Part shown: positions 51,450 through 64,000 of the stretch, in pieces | How positions within the stretch are numbered: position 1 is the stretch's first letter | How the letters are laid out: each line of letters begins with the position of its first letter | Assembly: GCF_006345805.1 (NCBI RefSeq) | Contig: NC_043017.1 | Coordinates: 4,960,001 to 5,024,000, forward strand | Direction of reading: 5' to 3' | Length of the DNA: 64,000 nucleotides | From: Octopus sinensis | Lineage: Eukaryota | Made by a program: the position numbers and the translations under genes | The notes under the pieces: model-generated | Told to the model about the DNA's origin: nothing | Databases searched by the model: none | Seen by the model: the letters and a program-made list of their open reading frames with translations, nothing else

Positions 51450-51785
51450 TGAGGAGGAGACCTCCTTCGGTCATGAATGACCCTGGGATCGCACCTAGAA
51501 AAGTTACCCTCCGAGGCACAAGTCCAGGCAAGGTTGTTTATGGAAACCAACAGTCACCCATGCATACCAGCATCCCCTCTCCACACCACTTCCAAGGGAA
51601 GGCAAAGGATGATACAGCTCGGCACCAGTGATGTTGCAACTCATTTCTACAGCTGAGTGAACTGGAGCAACAGGAAATAAAGTGTCTTGCTCAAGAACAC
51701 AACATGCAGCCCGGTCCGGGATTCGAGCTCACAACCTCACGATCATAAGCTCGACGCTCTAACCACTGAGCCATGCACCTTCACT
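51450..51785 (-). mobile_element. CORE-like tRNA SINE with a third type of 3' region
   Basis: Same head and CORE-like block as families C/D; distinct ...GGTCATTCATGACCGAAGGAGGTCTCC tail. Confidence 0.75.
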
Positions 51786-52410
51786 ATTATTACTATTATT
51801 AGAAATATTAACCTCTCATGTTAACCTGGCATAAAGCCACCTCCTCCAGTATTATTCTGCCCTCAGTTGAGGGGTCTTGACATCTTTGGAAAGAAAAAAG
51901 GGAACCTTGTTTTCCATCAAATACAGTATGATTTTGATAGTATCCAAATATTTTATGGATAAGTAGGAAGCAAAATTGGCCTCAAGTGCCATAAACTAAT
52001 TTAGTTTGACTGTCTTGTTGCGAGCATCTCCATCTTTGCAGAACTGGCAAATAAAGGAATTATTCTTTAGAATAACTGCAACAACAAGGATATCTTCAGT
52101 TTATGTAGAATTCATCTGTATATGCAAATAGATGTGTGTATAATTTTGGTCTGTCTCTGTCTCTGTCCTTCTCTTTCTCTCTTTCTCTCATGTACACATA
52201 CACACATACACAGGGTGTGTGTGTTGTTATGTGAGTGTGTGTGTTTGTGTGCATGTGTGTGTGTATACATATCTTTCTGTGTGTGTGTATGTTTGTGTGT
52301 GTATATGTTTGTGTGTGTGCATGTGTATGTGTGTGTGTGTGTGTGTGTACATTTACGTGTGTGTGCACATTTATGTTTCTGTGCATGCATATATATATAT
52401 ATATATATAT

Positions 52411-52445
<35 letters not shown>

Positions 52446-52515
52446 ACACACACAAACAAACAAACAAACAATGTATATATCTATATAATATATATATACA
52501 CTCATGTATGCACAG

Positions 52516-52563
<48 letters not shown>

Positions 52564-52659
52564 AAATAGACAATGCTTGTCATTTTGGAATAATTTCAAA
52601 ATTTAAACAAAAGCCAAATCATTTCATTACAAATTGGTCTTTTATATTTTCTGACCCAG

Positions 52660-52695
52660 CCTACTCCACCCGAGCATTATTGAAAGAGATACGAT
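52660..52695 (+). CDS. Candidate 36-nt frame-preserving microexon (phase 2-2; adds TLLHPSIIERDT)
   Basis: tttatattttctgacccag|CCT...GAT|gtaaga, with a CTGAC branch-like motif. Length is divisible by 3 and it is stop-free in the phase left by 47112. No homology support. Confidence 0.35.
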
Positions 52696-53329
52696 GTAAG
52701 AACCTTGTTTTCCTGGCACTTCATTGAGATTCTGTGGCAGTCGACCAAATATTCCACAAAAGTCTGTTCCAACAGAAATGTATTTCAGTTGTAAAAACAA
52801 AGACACATATGTAAAAACTGCAATTAATAATTATATTTCGGTTTCATTGAATACAATCATAAATAGGTGGGCAACCCGGCCCTTTATGGTAGTTACATGA
52901 CCTGTTTGAAATAGATGCCAAATTTCCCTAAAATCATACCTTTGTAGTCTTTAAAAAGTGAAGGACACGTTAGACAAAGCAGTCTGGCCACCAAAGGGAC
53001 AGACATAGCTGATGAAAGCAGCTTAAGGTGGTGGCTATGATTGACAAGAGACCACAGGTGGAATCTTTCTACAGGTAAAGATGAATTTGGTCCTAGTTGC
53101 CCTACTCATATTAAGTGTACAGGCTAAGGAGCAAAATACTTAGCCTGTATTTTGCTGAGACAGAAGACAGGTATCTTAACAAAATACAGAGATACCTGAG
53201 ACATCTCTGTATATGTCAGATACATACAGAGACATATGTATCTGTATATATGATACATATATACAGATACCTGTATCTGTATATACCTGAGATACCTGAG
53301 ACAGAAGACACACTCTGTGTGATCGTTGA

Positions 53330-54544
53330 CAGAGCAGCTAACCGGCTTCCATGCCAGTGGCACATAAAAGGCACCATTCAAGCATGACCATTACCAGCAT
53401 TGCCTTACTGGCACTTGTGCCTGTGTAGTAGGATGCCAAGAGCACCATCTGAGTGTGATCGTTGCCAGAGCAGCTAACTGACTTCTGTGTCAGTGGCACG
53501 TAAAAGGCACCATTCAAGCATGACCATTACCAGCGTCACCTTACTGACACCTGTGCCGGTGGCATGTGTAAAAAGATTTGAGCGAGGTCGTTGCCAGTAT
53601 GGCCTGACTGGACCCCGTGCCGGTGGCATGTAAAAAGCACCCACTACACTCTCAGAGTGGTTGGCATTAGGAAGGGTATCCAGCTGTAGAAACTGCCAGA
53701 TCAAGATTGGAACCTGGTGCAGCCATCTGGTTCGCCAGCCCTCAGTCAAAATCGTCCAACCCATGCTAGCATGGAAAGCGGACATTAAATGATGATGAGG
53801 ATGATGATTGAGAAGACCCGCCAAGCCAAGTGAAATCACAATCATGGCTAATGCCTGTGTCATGTAACTGGCATTTGTGCCAGTGGCATGTAGAAAGCAC
53901 CTTTTGAGCATTGGGCGATAAGCTCCGCTTGAGAAGATCCGTCAAACCCTGTGAAATTGTATTTATGGCTGATACCTATTTCTTTTCTACCCACAAGGGG
54001 CCAAACACAGAGGGGACAAACAAGGACAGACAAATGGATTAAGTCGAATACATCGACCCCAGTGCGTAACTGGTACTTAATTTATCGACCCTGAAAGGAT
54101 GAAAGGCAAAGTCGACCTTGGCGGAATTTGAACTCAGAACATAACGGCAGGCTACCGTTTCTGCTAGCTCGCTGCCTTATGGCTGATACCAGTGTTGCAT
54201 AACTAGCACTCATGCAAGTGGCACATACAAAAGTACCCTTCAAACTGCGGGCCTCACAGAGGCAGTGGCAAGTGACGGAGACCTTTGATGATATACTGTG
54301 CTTGAGATGACCTGTCAAGCCAAGGGAAATCGTAGTCATGGCCTATGTCGGTGTTTCGTAACTGGCATGTGAAAAGCACCCACAACACTCTTGGAGCGGT
54401 TGGCATTAGAAAGGTCACCCAGCTCTAGAAACGATGCCAAATTGAAATGGAACCTGGTGCAGCTCCCTAGCTTACCAGTTTTTCTGTCAAACCATCCAAC
54501 CCATGCCAGCAGGGAAAACAGATGTAAATTGCTGCTGCTGCTAC

Positions 54545-54575
<31 letters not shown>
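53330..54575 (+). mobile_element. RTE 3' end/UTR fragments with a nested SINE family B copy (53970-54178, minus)
   Basis: LQTAGLTEAVASDGDL..VLEMTCQAK remnant at ~54238-54325 runs directly into the GGCATTAG..CCAGCT UTR and (GAT)n. Confidence 0.75.
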
Positions 54576-54576
<1 letters not shown>

Positions 54577-55784
54577 TATTTGTCCATTGCATGCAAGCAT
54601 GGAACATGAACATTAAGTAACAATTATATATGCATGTATGTACACAGACACACACATACACACACCCCTCTCAGACTTTACATATTTCTACCAGAAACAT
54701 GAATAAAAATTCTTTTATGTTTTTACATAGAAAACACATTGGATATGAGTGTGTATGTATGTATGTACAGTGTGTACGTGCATGTGTGTGTACGTGTGTG
54801 TGTGTGTGTATACACATGCACACCATATGTGCACAAGTGTCTTTCGCATGCATGTAACAGTTCTGAGAATCAGTTTAACATTTCCTGGTTGTAATTTGGA
54901 ATTGCCACAGTTGAAAATTTATAGGACTGTCAGTGCTAGAACATGAGATTCTACTTCATCTGTAGACACACACACACGTACACACACACAAAAATGCATG
55001 TGTTGTGTACATGTGTGCTTCTTTTGTGTGTGTGTGTGTTTTCATGCATTTATATATACATATGTGTGTGGTTTATATATTATATGTTTGTGTGTGCATT
55101 GATATGCTTGTGTTTATATATGTATATATTTAGGTTTCTATACATGAGCTTATACATACACACACACACACATATATATACATGGGGGGGTTATTTACAT
55201 GTAAATACGTGTATGTTTATCTATGAATGTGTATGTATGTTTATGTATATATATATATTTATATATGTATGTATATATATATATGTATGTATATATATAT
55301 ATAAATATGTAAATGTGTGAGTGTATATATATATATATGTGTGTGTGTCTGTGTATATATATATGTTTTTGTATATATATATATGATGTTTATATATACA
55401 TTTATATACATATGTATATGATGTTTATATATATATATATATGTATATATATAAATACATGATGTTTATATATACATTAACACACATACACACACACATG
55501 CCACTTTGTCCATGTATATGGGATTATTATGGCGGAACATGGAACATTTAGAATGAAAACCCATTAAAAAAAAATCACAGAAATAAACAAAATAAACAAC
55601 AAAAAGGCAGCTTGATTTCTAGGTTTTGTGTACATTAGTGAATGTGCGCCTGTAATGACGGCGCATTCATATAGAATAAATCAATGAACCATTGAGATTT
55701 ATACACATATAATATACTTGCACAAGCACAACACACCCTATATATATATATATATATGCATACATGCACACACACATATATATA

Positions 55785-55811
55785 TAGCTGTATGTATATT
55801 TAATAATTTCT

Positions 55812-55867
<56 letters not shown>

Positions 55868-56023
55868 CACACACACACACATATATATATATATATGTAT
55901 GTATATATATATATATAGCTGTATTTATATTTTATAATTTCTGCTCATATATATATATATATATATATTTATACACACACACACACACATATATAGCTGT
56001 ATGTATATTTAATAATTTCTGTT

Positions 56024-56054
<31 letters not shown>

Positions 56055-56340
56055 GCACATATATATATATATATAGCTGTATGTATATTTTATAATTTCT
56101 GCTCATATATATATATATATATAATATTTATACACACACACACACACATATATAGCTGTATGTATATTTAATAATTTCTGTTTATATATATATATATATA
56201 TATATACACATGCACATATATATATATATATAGCTGTATGTATATTTTATAATTTCTGCTCATATATATATATATACATATATATATATTTATACACACA
56301 CACACATATATAGCTGTATGTATATTTGATAATTTCCGAT

Positions 56341-56345
<5 letters not shown>
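55785..56345. repeat. Alternating A/B ~79-bp units (159-bp dimer) embedded in a TA/CA microsatellite
   Basis: gctgta at 55787, 55918, 55996, 56076, 56155, 56233 and 56313, alternating ..ttaataatttctgttta and ..tttataatttctgctca. Confidence 0.9.
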
Positions 56346-56371
<26 letters not shown>

Positions 56372-57109
56372 GTATGGAATAAGCCTAGTTTGGGATGGAA
56401 TTGGTTATTTGGTTAAAAGGTGGGAGAAAAAAAATACAGGGAAAGAGGTCGTTTTGAAGGAATGAATGTGGTGGTGGTGGCGGTGGTGAAGGTTGTGGTG
56501 ATGGTGCTAGTGGTGTTGGTGGTGGTTGTAGTAGAAGTAGTTGTTGTAGTGGTAGTAATTTGTTAATGAGGTACGATTGTTCAACGAAAATGGGTGGATG
56601 TATAAAGTGTGTGTATATGCGCACGCACTCAAGCACGCTCACACACACACACACATATATAAATAAGTAGGCACACATACACATACAAATATATGTGTAT
56701 GTGTGTGTGAGTATATATTTATATATGTGTATGTATATGGATACATGTATATGCGTGTATATATGTCTGTAGGTATTTGCATATATGAACATGCATATAT
56801 GTATATGTGTATATATGAGTTTGTTATATGTGTATGTATATATATGTGTGTGTATGTTTATATATGTATGTATATATATATATATATATATATATTCTAT
56901 ATTGCCCACAAGGGGCTAAACATAGAGGGGGCAAACAAGGACAGACAAAGGGATTAAGTCGATTACATCAACAGGGTTGTAAACACACCAGCACTGGTTG
57001 TCAAGCAATGGTGGGGGGACATTTCTAACTGGCATGCATATGTATACATACATACATATATATGTTTGTATATATATGTATATATATGTTTATATATATA
57101 TATATGTGT

Positions 57110-57295
57110 TTATATATATATATATGTGTGTTTGTATATATATATATATATGTTTGTATATATATATAGATATGTTTGTGTATATATATATATGTGTGTG
57201 TATATATATAGTTTGTATTTATTTATTTATTTATATATATAGAGAGAGATATGTATATATATGTTGTATATATATATATATGCGTATATATATAT

Positions 57296-57341
<46 letters not shown>

Positions 57342-59016
57342 TGTATATATATATACATATATATATACACACACTCACACATACCTATATATGATGGGCT
57401 TCTTTCAGTTTCCGTCTACCAATCCACTCACAAGGCTTTGGTCAGCCGGAGTCTATAGTAGTATAATAGTAGGAGACTTTTGTACAAGGTGCTGTGCAGT
57501 GGGACTGAACCCAGAAGCATGTGGAGAAATTTGAACCCAGAATGTATGTAAGAATAGGCGTGGGCGTGGCTCTTGCAGGGTTAATAAAATTACTACCAGT
57601 TGAATATTGGGACTAATGTAATCAAAATTGTTGGCCTCGCGCTTAAATCGAAACCATTATTATTATTATTATTATTATTATTGAGTGAGAGAGCATGCCA
57701 GCAAAGTGACACTGGGGTAAAATATATGAAGCCCAGTATACCCATCATGACTACCCGTCTGATAAGGGTACACTAAGCATGTGCCTCACAACCATATGTG
57801 CGCGACATGGTGATCTCATATCAAGATAAACAGCGCATGACCTTGCAGTGGGGCCTAGTTAGAATTTTCTTCTGGTTGTGTGTGTGTGCGTATTCATGTG
57901 TGTGTGTGTCTTTGTGTTTGTACCCTCTCCCCACCATCACTTGACAACAAATGTTGGTGTGTTTATGTCCCTGGAATTTAGTAGTGTGGAAATAAGACAC
58001 TGATAGAATAAGTGCTAGGCTTACAAAGAATAAGTCCTGGCGGTGGGTGGCAGGGGGCAATTTCTTTGACTGAAACTCTTCAAGGCGGTGCTGCAGCTTG
58101 GCCGCAGTCAAATGACTGGAACAAGTGAAAGAATAAAAGAAAATAAGTTGATAAAAGCAGAGAGCAAAAACCGAGTTTCTGGTTCCATTTGTGAATCTAC
58201 CGATTCGTATGATGGATGTTTTGGTTTTGTCACAAGGTGTTTTAGTTGGATTGGAAAGAAAATATTGAGACGCAGCAGCAGCAGCAGCAACAACAACAAC
58301 AACAACATTGACATCAAGAACAAAAACAACATCAGCAAAAAGATCAACAAAAACAACATTTGCAGTAACAACAACAACATCCTCGGTGGTTGTAAAAGCA
58401 TCAAGAAGAACAAGAAGAACAAGAAGAGCAACAGTTTCAATAAAAACAACATCAACAACAACAACTGCAACAGAAAAATGCAGAAGGATGGAGAGGCTGG
58501 GTGGTGGTGGGAAATTGCGCTCCAGTTGAAATGTATTGCTGCTGTATGCCTGTTGTGGGTTAAAACTATTGATCACCGTTTATTTAGATTGAGGAATTTA
58601 ATATAGTAATACATAGAGCAAGAGAGAGAGAGATAGGTAGATAGATAGATAGATAGAGAGGGAGAGAGAGAGAGAGATGAGAGAGAGAGAGGAGAGAGAA
58701 GAGAGAGAGAGGCAGTGACTGCTAGGAAATATTTTGGTTGTAATAACTGCTTCAATATGGAACCATAAAAGTGTCTTAAATCGGAAGTCATAATCGGAAG
58801 AAAATATAAATGGAGATGAAGAGGAATGGAAAAAGTTTATATATGTGTTGTATATATATATATATATGTTTGTATATATATAGATATGTTTGTGTATATA
58901 TATATATGTGTGTGTATATATATATGTGTGTGTATATATATATGTTTGTATTTATTTATTTATTTATATATAGAGAGAGATATGTATATATATGTTGTGT
59001 ATATATATATATATGC

Positions 59017-59063
<47 letters not shown>

Positions 59064-60366
59064 ATATATGTATGTATATATATACATATATATATATACA
59101 CACACTCACACATACCTATATATGATGGGCTTCTTTCAGTTTCCGTCTACCAATCCACTCACAAGGCTTTGGTCAGCCGGAGTCTATAGTAGTATAATAG
59201 TAGGAGACTTTTGTACAAGGTGCTGTGCAGTGGGACTGAACCCAGAAGCATGTGGAGAAATTTGAACCCAGAATGTATGTAAGAATAGGCGTGGGCGTGG
59301 CTCTTGCAGGGTTAATAAAATTACTACCAGTTGAATATTGGGACTAATGTAATCAAAATTGTTGGCCTCACGCTTAAATCGAAACCATTATTATTATTAT
59401 TATTATTATTATTGAGTGAGAGAGCATGCCAGCAAAGTGACACTGGGGTAAAATATATGAAGCCCAGTATACCCATCATGACTACCCGTCTGATAAGGGT
59501 ACACTAAGCATGTGCCTCACAACCATATGTGCGCGACATGGTGATCTCATATCAAGATAAACAGCGCATGACCTTGCAGTGGGGCCTAGTTAGAATTTTC
59601 TTCTGGTTGTGTGTGGTGCGTATTCATGTGTGTGTGTGTCTTTGTGTTTGTACCCTCTCCCCACCATCACTTGACAACAAATGTTGGTGTGTTTATGTCC
59701 CTGGAATTTAGTAGTGTGGAAATAAGACACTGATAGAATAAGTGCTAGGCTTACAAAGAATAAGTCCTGGCGGTGGGTGGCAGGGGGCAATTTCTTTGAC
59801 TGAAACTCTTCAGGCGGTGCTGCAGCTTGGCCGCAGTCAAATGACTGGAACAAGTGAAAGAATAAAAGAAAATAAGTTGATAAAAGCAGAGAGCAAAAAC
59901 CGAGTTTCTGGTTCCATTTGTGAATCTACCGATTCGTATGATGGATGTTTTGGTTTTGTCACAAGGTGTTTTAGTTGGATTGGAAAGAAAATATTGAGAC
60001 GCAGCAGCAGCAGCAGCAACAACAACAACAACAACATTGACATCAAGAACAAAAACAACATCAGCAAAAAGATCAACAAAAACAACATTTGCAGTAACAA
60101 CAACAACATCCTCGGTGGTTGTAAAAGCATCAAGAAGAACAAGAAGAACAAGAAGAGCAACAGTTTCAATAAAAACAACATCAACAACAACAACTGCAAC
60201 AGAAAAATGCAGAAGGATGGAGAGGCTGGGTGGTGGTGGGAAATTGCGCTCCAGTTGAAATGTATTGCTGCTGTATGCCTGTTGTGGGTTAAAACTATTG
60301 ATCACCGTTTATTTAGATTGAGGAATTTAATATAGTAATACATAGAGCAAGAGAGAGAGAGATAGG

Positions 60367-60418
<52 letters not shown>

Positions 60419-60545
60419 CAGTGACTGCTAGGAAATATTTTGGTTGTAATAACTGCTTCAATATGGAACCATAAAAGTGTCTTAAATCGGAAGTCATAAT
60501 CGGAAGAAAATATAAATGGAGATGAAGAGGAATGGAAAAAGTTTA

Positions 60546-60553
<8 letters not shown>
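57110..60553. repeat. Near-identical tandem duplication, ~1.73-kb unit x2
   Basis: Offset 1729-1731; junction at ~58837 inside a TA/TG tract; few differences. Confidence 0.95.
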
Positions 60554-60581
<28 letters not shown>

Positions 60582-60593
60582 AAAATGTGTATG

Positions 60594-60639
<46 letters not shown>

Positions 60640-60874
60640 AATGTATGTGGGCATATATGAATGTGTGTGTGTGTGTGCATGCATGCACAATATTGTCCTC
60701 ATTTTACTGTAGATGGAAAAAAGTTATATAATTTCAAAGACTCTTTCACAATTTTTGTGTGTTTGTCTATATACACAAACTCAAATTCTAATTCAGGTGG
60801 CAAGATTGGGATTAGTGTGTGTGTATACATACGTACATAAAATCATATATATATATATGTGTGCGTATAAATAA

Positions 60875-60907
<33 letters not shown>

Positions 60908-61244
60908 TACATACACACACACTTTCTTTTTCTGTATATCTATTCATCCCCAAATCCCATACATCCTCATGTAGCTCCATGTATTCTCCTCAAAGATGGA
61001 GATGAGTACCATTGTTCTCATGTGCCAGGTTTGATAAGTGTTAAGTGTTCCACATACACGAAACCATTGGTAGCTTTTTTAATTCACAAATAAAGAATGT
61101 TTATCCACAATATGGTGTTCAGTGCTCGTTCTCACTGTTCAGTATAAGCATGGCATTTGCGCTAGCCTGTTTTGCTGGATGTGCAATGTCAGTGTGCATG
61201 TACGATAGTGTAGTTTCTTGAGAGAAAAGTTGGTCATAAGAGGC

Positions 61245-61720
61245 ATCACATGTGGTGTGCAAGAGAGATGACTGCACAGGTATGGTCATGTGATATGTAT
61301 GAACAAATAGAGCTGTGTAAGGAAGTGCTGATTTCTCACTGTGGAGAGAACCTGTGGAAGAGTTAGGCCAAAGAAGACATGGGATGAGATGGTGAAGCAT
61401 GATCTTCAAACATTGGGCCTCACAGATGCGAGGACTGGGGATTGAGATCTTTAGCAATGTGCTGTGCTTGGGAAGACTTGTCAAGCCAAGTGAAATGGTA
61501 GCTGTGGATGATGCAGGTGTCATGTTACTAGCACCCGTGCCAGTGGCAAGTCAAATTCACCTTCAAGTGTTGGGCCTCACAGAGGCTATGTGGTCAATGC
61601 TGGTGTCATGTAACTAGCACCCATACCAGCAGCACATGGAAAGGAACCATCACACACTTGGAGTGATTGGCGTTAGGAAGAGCATCCAACCATAGAAACC
61701 ATGCAAATAAGACTGGAGCC
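61245..61720 (+). mobile_element. RTE LINE ORF2 C-terminus and 3' UTR, decayed
   Basis: CGVQER...YGHV...VERTCGRVRPKKTWDEMVKHDLQTLGLT. Confidence 0.8.
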
Positions 61721-61821
61721 TAATATCAGGAGACACTTGCTCAACATGCCATGCAGTAGGACTGAACTCAAGACCATGTGTTCAGGAAACAAGCTTCTTA
61801 CCACTCAGCCATGCCTGCACC

Positions 61822-61853
<32 letters not shown>

Positions 61854-62581
61854 TTTATGTATTTATGTATTTATGTATTTATTATTTATTTATTTATTTA
61901 TTTATTTATTGTCATAGGTTGTTTATTTCTGTTAATTTATTAATGTCTGAGGTAAAGAGCCTGCTCTCGGCCACCCTGTAGATGTTGAAATTATAATATT
62001 TCTTGTTGTTATTAACAGATGGCTTAGTCTAATTATAAAAAGCAGACATCGTTTTCACTTGCTGTACAAGAATATATTTCAACTGCAGAAATTGGAAACT
62101 GTCTCGCCAACAAACTCTCTCACTCACACACCCATGCATGCATGAATATATCCTCTGAGACATCAAGGGAGTTTTTATGGCTACGATAGGGGAACCCCTT
62201 TTGAAATATCAGGGGTGAATTACAATTATCCGTGATCCTGTGGGGGCACATCTGTGTTAACATATAACAAGGGTTTAATTTTGCACTACATAGGTATGTT
62301 ATGCAGTGCCACTATATTTAATTAAAATATTTTAACGTATTTATTAACCATCCATTCATCTACCTATCTTCTTGATATAATTTTCATCTGTCTCGAAACC
62401 GGTATGATTAATTCTTGATTTTTATAGAATTTTCATTATTAATTTTCTCGAAACCGGTATCTGATTAATTCTTGATTTTTATATAATTTTCTTCTGTCGC
62501 GCCAGATTATGTTCTGGTGTTTGCTGAATTTTCTCTGGAGAACATTTTTTCTTGGTCGATAGATCATATGTGATCTTCTTC

Positions 62582-63058
62582 TAGCGTATGGTTATCCACC
62601 TAGTGGTTTCCCTAAAACTACACACATGTATCTTCTTCATGCATAGTTCCTTGGAGGGTAGAATCTTCATGCACCTCTTCCATATGGTCCTGTCAGAAGC
62701 AACTGTCATTGTACTTTCCATCTGGATTTCCAAATGTGACTGACTGACCATCTTGTTCTTCTCACGCACAGCATACTTCCAAAGATCTCAGTCTCTAGTC
62801 ATTTCCTCTGTGAGACCTAAAGGTCATGCTTCACCACCTTGTTCCAGGTTTTCCTGGGTTTACCTCTTCCACAGGTTCCCTCAACTGCTAGGGTGTGGCA
62901 CTTTTTCACACAACTATCTTCATCCATTCTTGCCACATGACCAAACCAGCGCAAACGTCTCTCTTGCACACCACAACTGATGCTTCTTAGGTCCAACTTT
63001 TCTCTCAAGGTACTTACACTCTGTCGAGTATGCACACTGACATTACATGAACACTGAC
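62582..63058 (-). mobile_element. RTE LINE ORF2 C-terminal fragments
   Basis: LREKLDLRSISCGVQERRLRWFGHVARMDEDSCVKKCHTLAVEGTCGRGKPRKTWNKVVKHDL. Confidence 0.9.
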
Positions 63059-63479
63059 ATATATATATATATATATATATACACATATGTATGCATATGC
63101 ATGTGCACACACATACAGATAGACAAGGAATCTATACAACAAAATGATTACTGGTTGTTAATTAAGGTAATTGTTGCATACATTCAGATGTGTGTGCATA
63201 TACATATTTATATATAAGTATATATACACACACACGCGCGCTCACACGTATGTATGTATATATGACATTTGTTGAAGCTTATTTTTAATATCCGTTGTTC
63301 GCAAAACATAATAACCCAGTATTTAAATATTAATGATTTGTGACGTTTAAACAAGATAGGGAAATTGCTTTTTCTGTTTTTTTTCCATAAATCATTTGTC
63401 ACTTTCCAGTTATGTGAACACTGAAAATTCTATGTTAGGTTTCTTATACATTCAGCTGCATTTGTATATTGTGTGTGTG

Positions 63480-63520
<41 letters not shown>

Positions 63521-64000
63521 GTCTGTATATATGTGTTTTTGTGTGGATGTGTGAGTATATGTGTGTATGCCACCTACAGAACGGCTTTCGGTTATTGTCT
63601 GGATAACAAACTACCATGCATCAAAAGGATTCAGGGCAAAGTGCCGTATAACTATTTTTTTTTTCATATATGCATATATAGCTGAGTATACAAATATATA
63701 GATTTCTAGCTGAGTGTGGAGGTTTTAAAAGTGCACGAAGTCTCCTACATTTGAAAAGAAGCTGAAATACATGATTTTGTATTATATTACTTCTGAATGT
63801 GTGTTTGTGTGTGTTTGCAGCTGTCCATTCGCATATATATATGTCTAATTAATATATATGAGGTTATGTCATTCTGATGTTTTCTAAAAAGAATGAAATA
63901 GTGCTATGCATGATTTGTGTGCATCATTTTTGTTGCTTAATTTCAAATTCAAACTTCTAATCCTATCAAATATCATATAAAACAAATGGTTAGTTCCCTC

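Noticed and set aside
52638-52812. Minus-strand open frame FTYVSLFLQLKYISVGTDFCGIFGRLPQNLNEVPGKQGSY...
   Set aside because: No recognisable homology and no convincing donor; it overlaps the better-formed plus-strand microexon candidate.
55654-55700. SECIS-like ATGA...GA arrangement
   Set aside because: Helix II pairs poorly (about 5 bp) and the site is not in a selenoprotein 3' UTR.
58088-60335. 172-251-aa N/K- or V-rich ORFs in the duplicated unit
   Set aside because: They arise from a degenerate (CAA)n tract that is open in several frames on both strands; the starts lie within a SINE tail.
63580-63645. ERLSVIVWITNYHASKGFRAK, resembling a CUB-domain end
   Set aside because: No good donor, wrong phase and wrong domain for this gene; probably chance.
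841-63685. Dozens of Y/I/C/V/T/H-rich, poly-S/F/L and poly-E/R ORFs in the track
   Set aside because: They are translations of (TA)n, (CA)n, (CT)n, (TTC)n, (CAC)n and (GATA)n tracts, with no splice signals or recognisable domains.
47112-64000. Search for the next conserved exon (SRSHESLL)
   Set aside because: No matching codons with a phase-2 acceptor were found; acceptor-like sites at 50330, 60722 and 62088 give stops or no donor.

Overview
Repeat-saturated, AT-rich eukaryotic DNA whose interspersed repeat families I recognise as octopus-type (cephalopod; species not determinable). Nearly the whole window appears to be intronic sequence of one plus-strand gene, a RasGAP of the SynGAP/DAB2IP/RASAL2 (nGAP) family (Drosophila raskol, C. 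elegans gap-2). Two 104-nt coding exons have canonical splice sites and matching phase: 6070-6173 (DSSNEKFSNDRRGSMPLVPSVDGGNMEMGTTSKLA) and 47009-47112 (HFFTKKGLRTNLKRTKSVTKLDRKRSASNVCERET), separated by a ~40.8-kb intron. I found no exon encoding the family's next motif (SRSHESLL), so it probably lies beyond the window. Several phase-compatible candidate alternative first exons and a 36-nt candidate microexon are flagged at low confidence. The rest is tRNA-derived SINEs; RTE, CR1 and Dong/R4 LINE remnants; Helitron, mariner and piggyBac-type non-autonomous elements; microsatellites; hairpin-forming minisatellites; a ~1.73-kb near-identical tandem duplication; and a 99-N gap. Almost all ORFs in the supplied track are microsatellite or repeat artefacts. 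I found no CRISPR array, true tRNA/rRNA gene or prokaryote-like system. Splice-site coordinates are exact; repeat boundaries are approximate. Family names come from recalled homology, not a database search.
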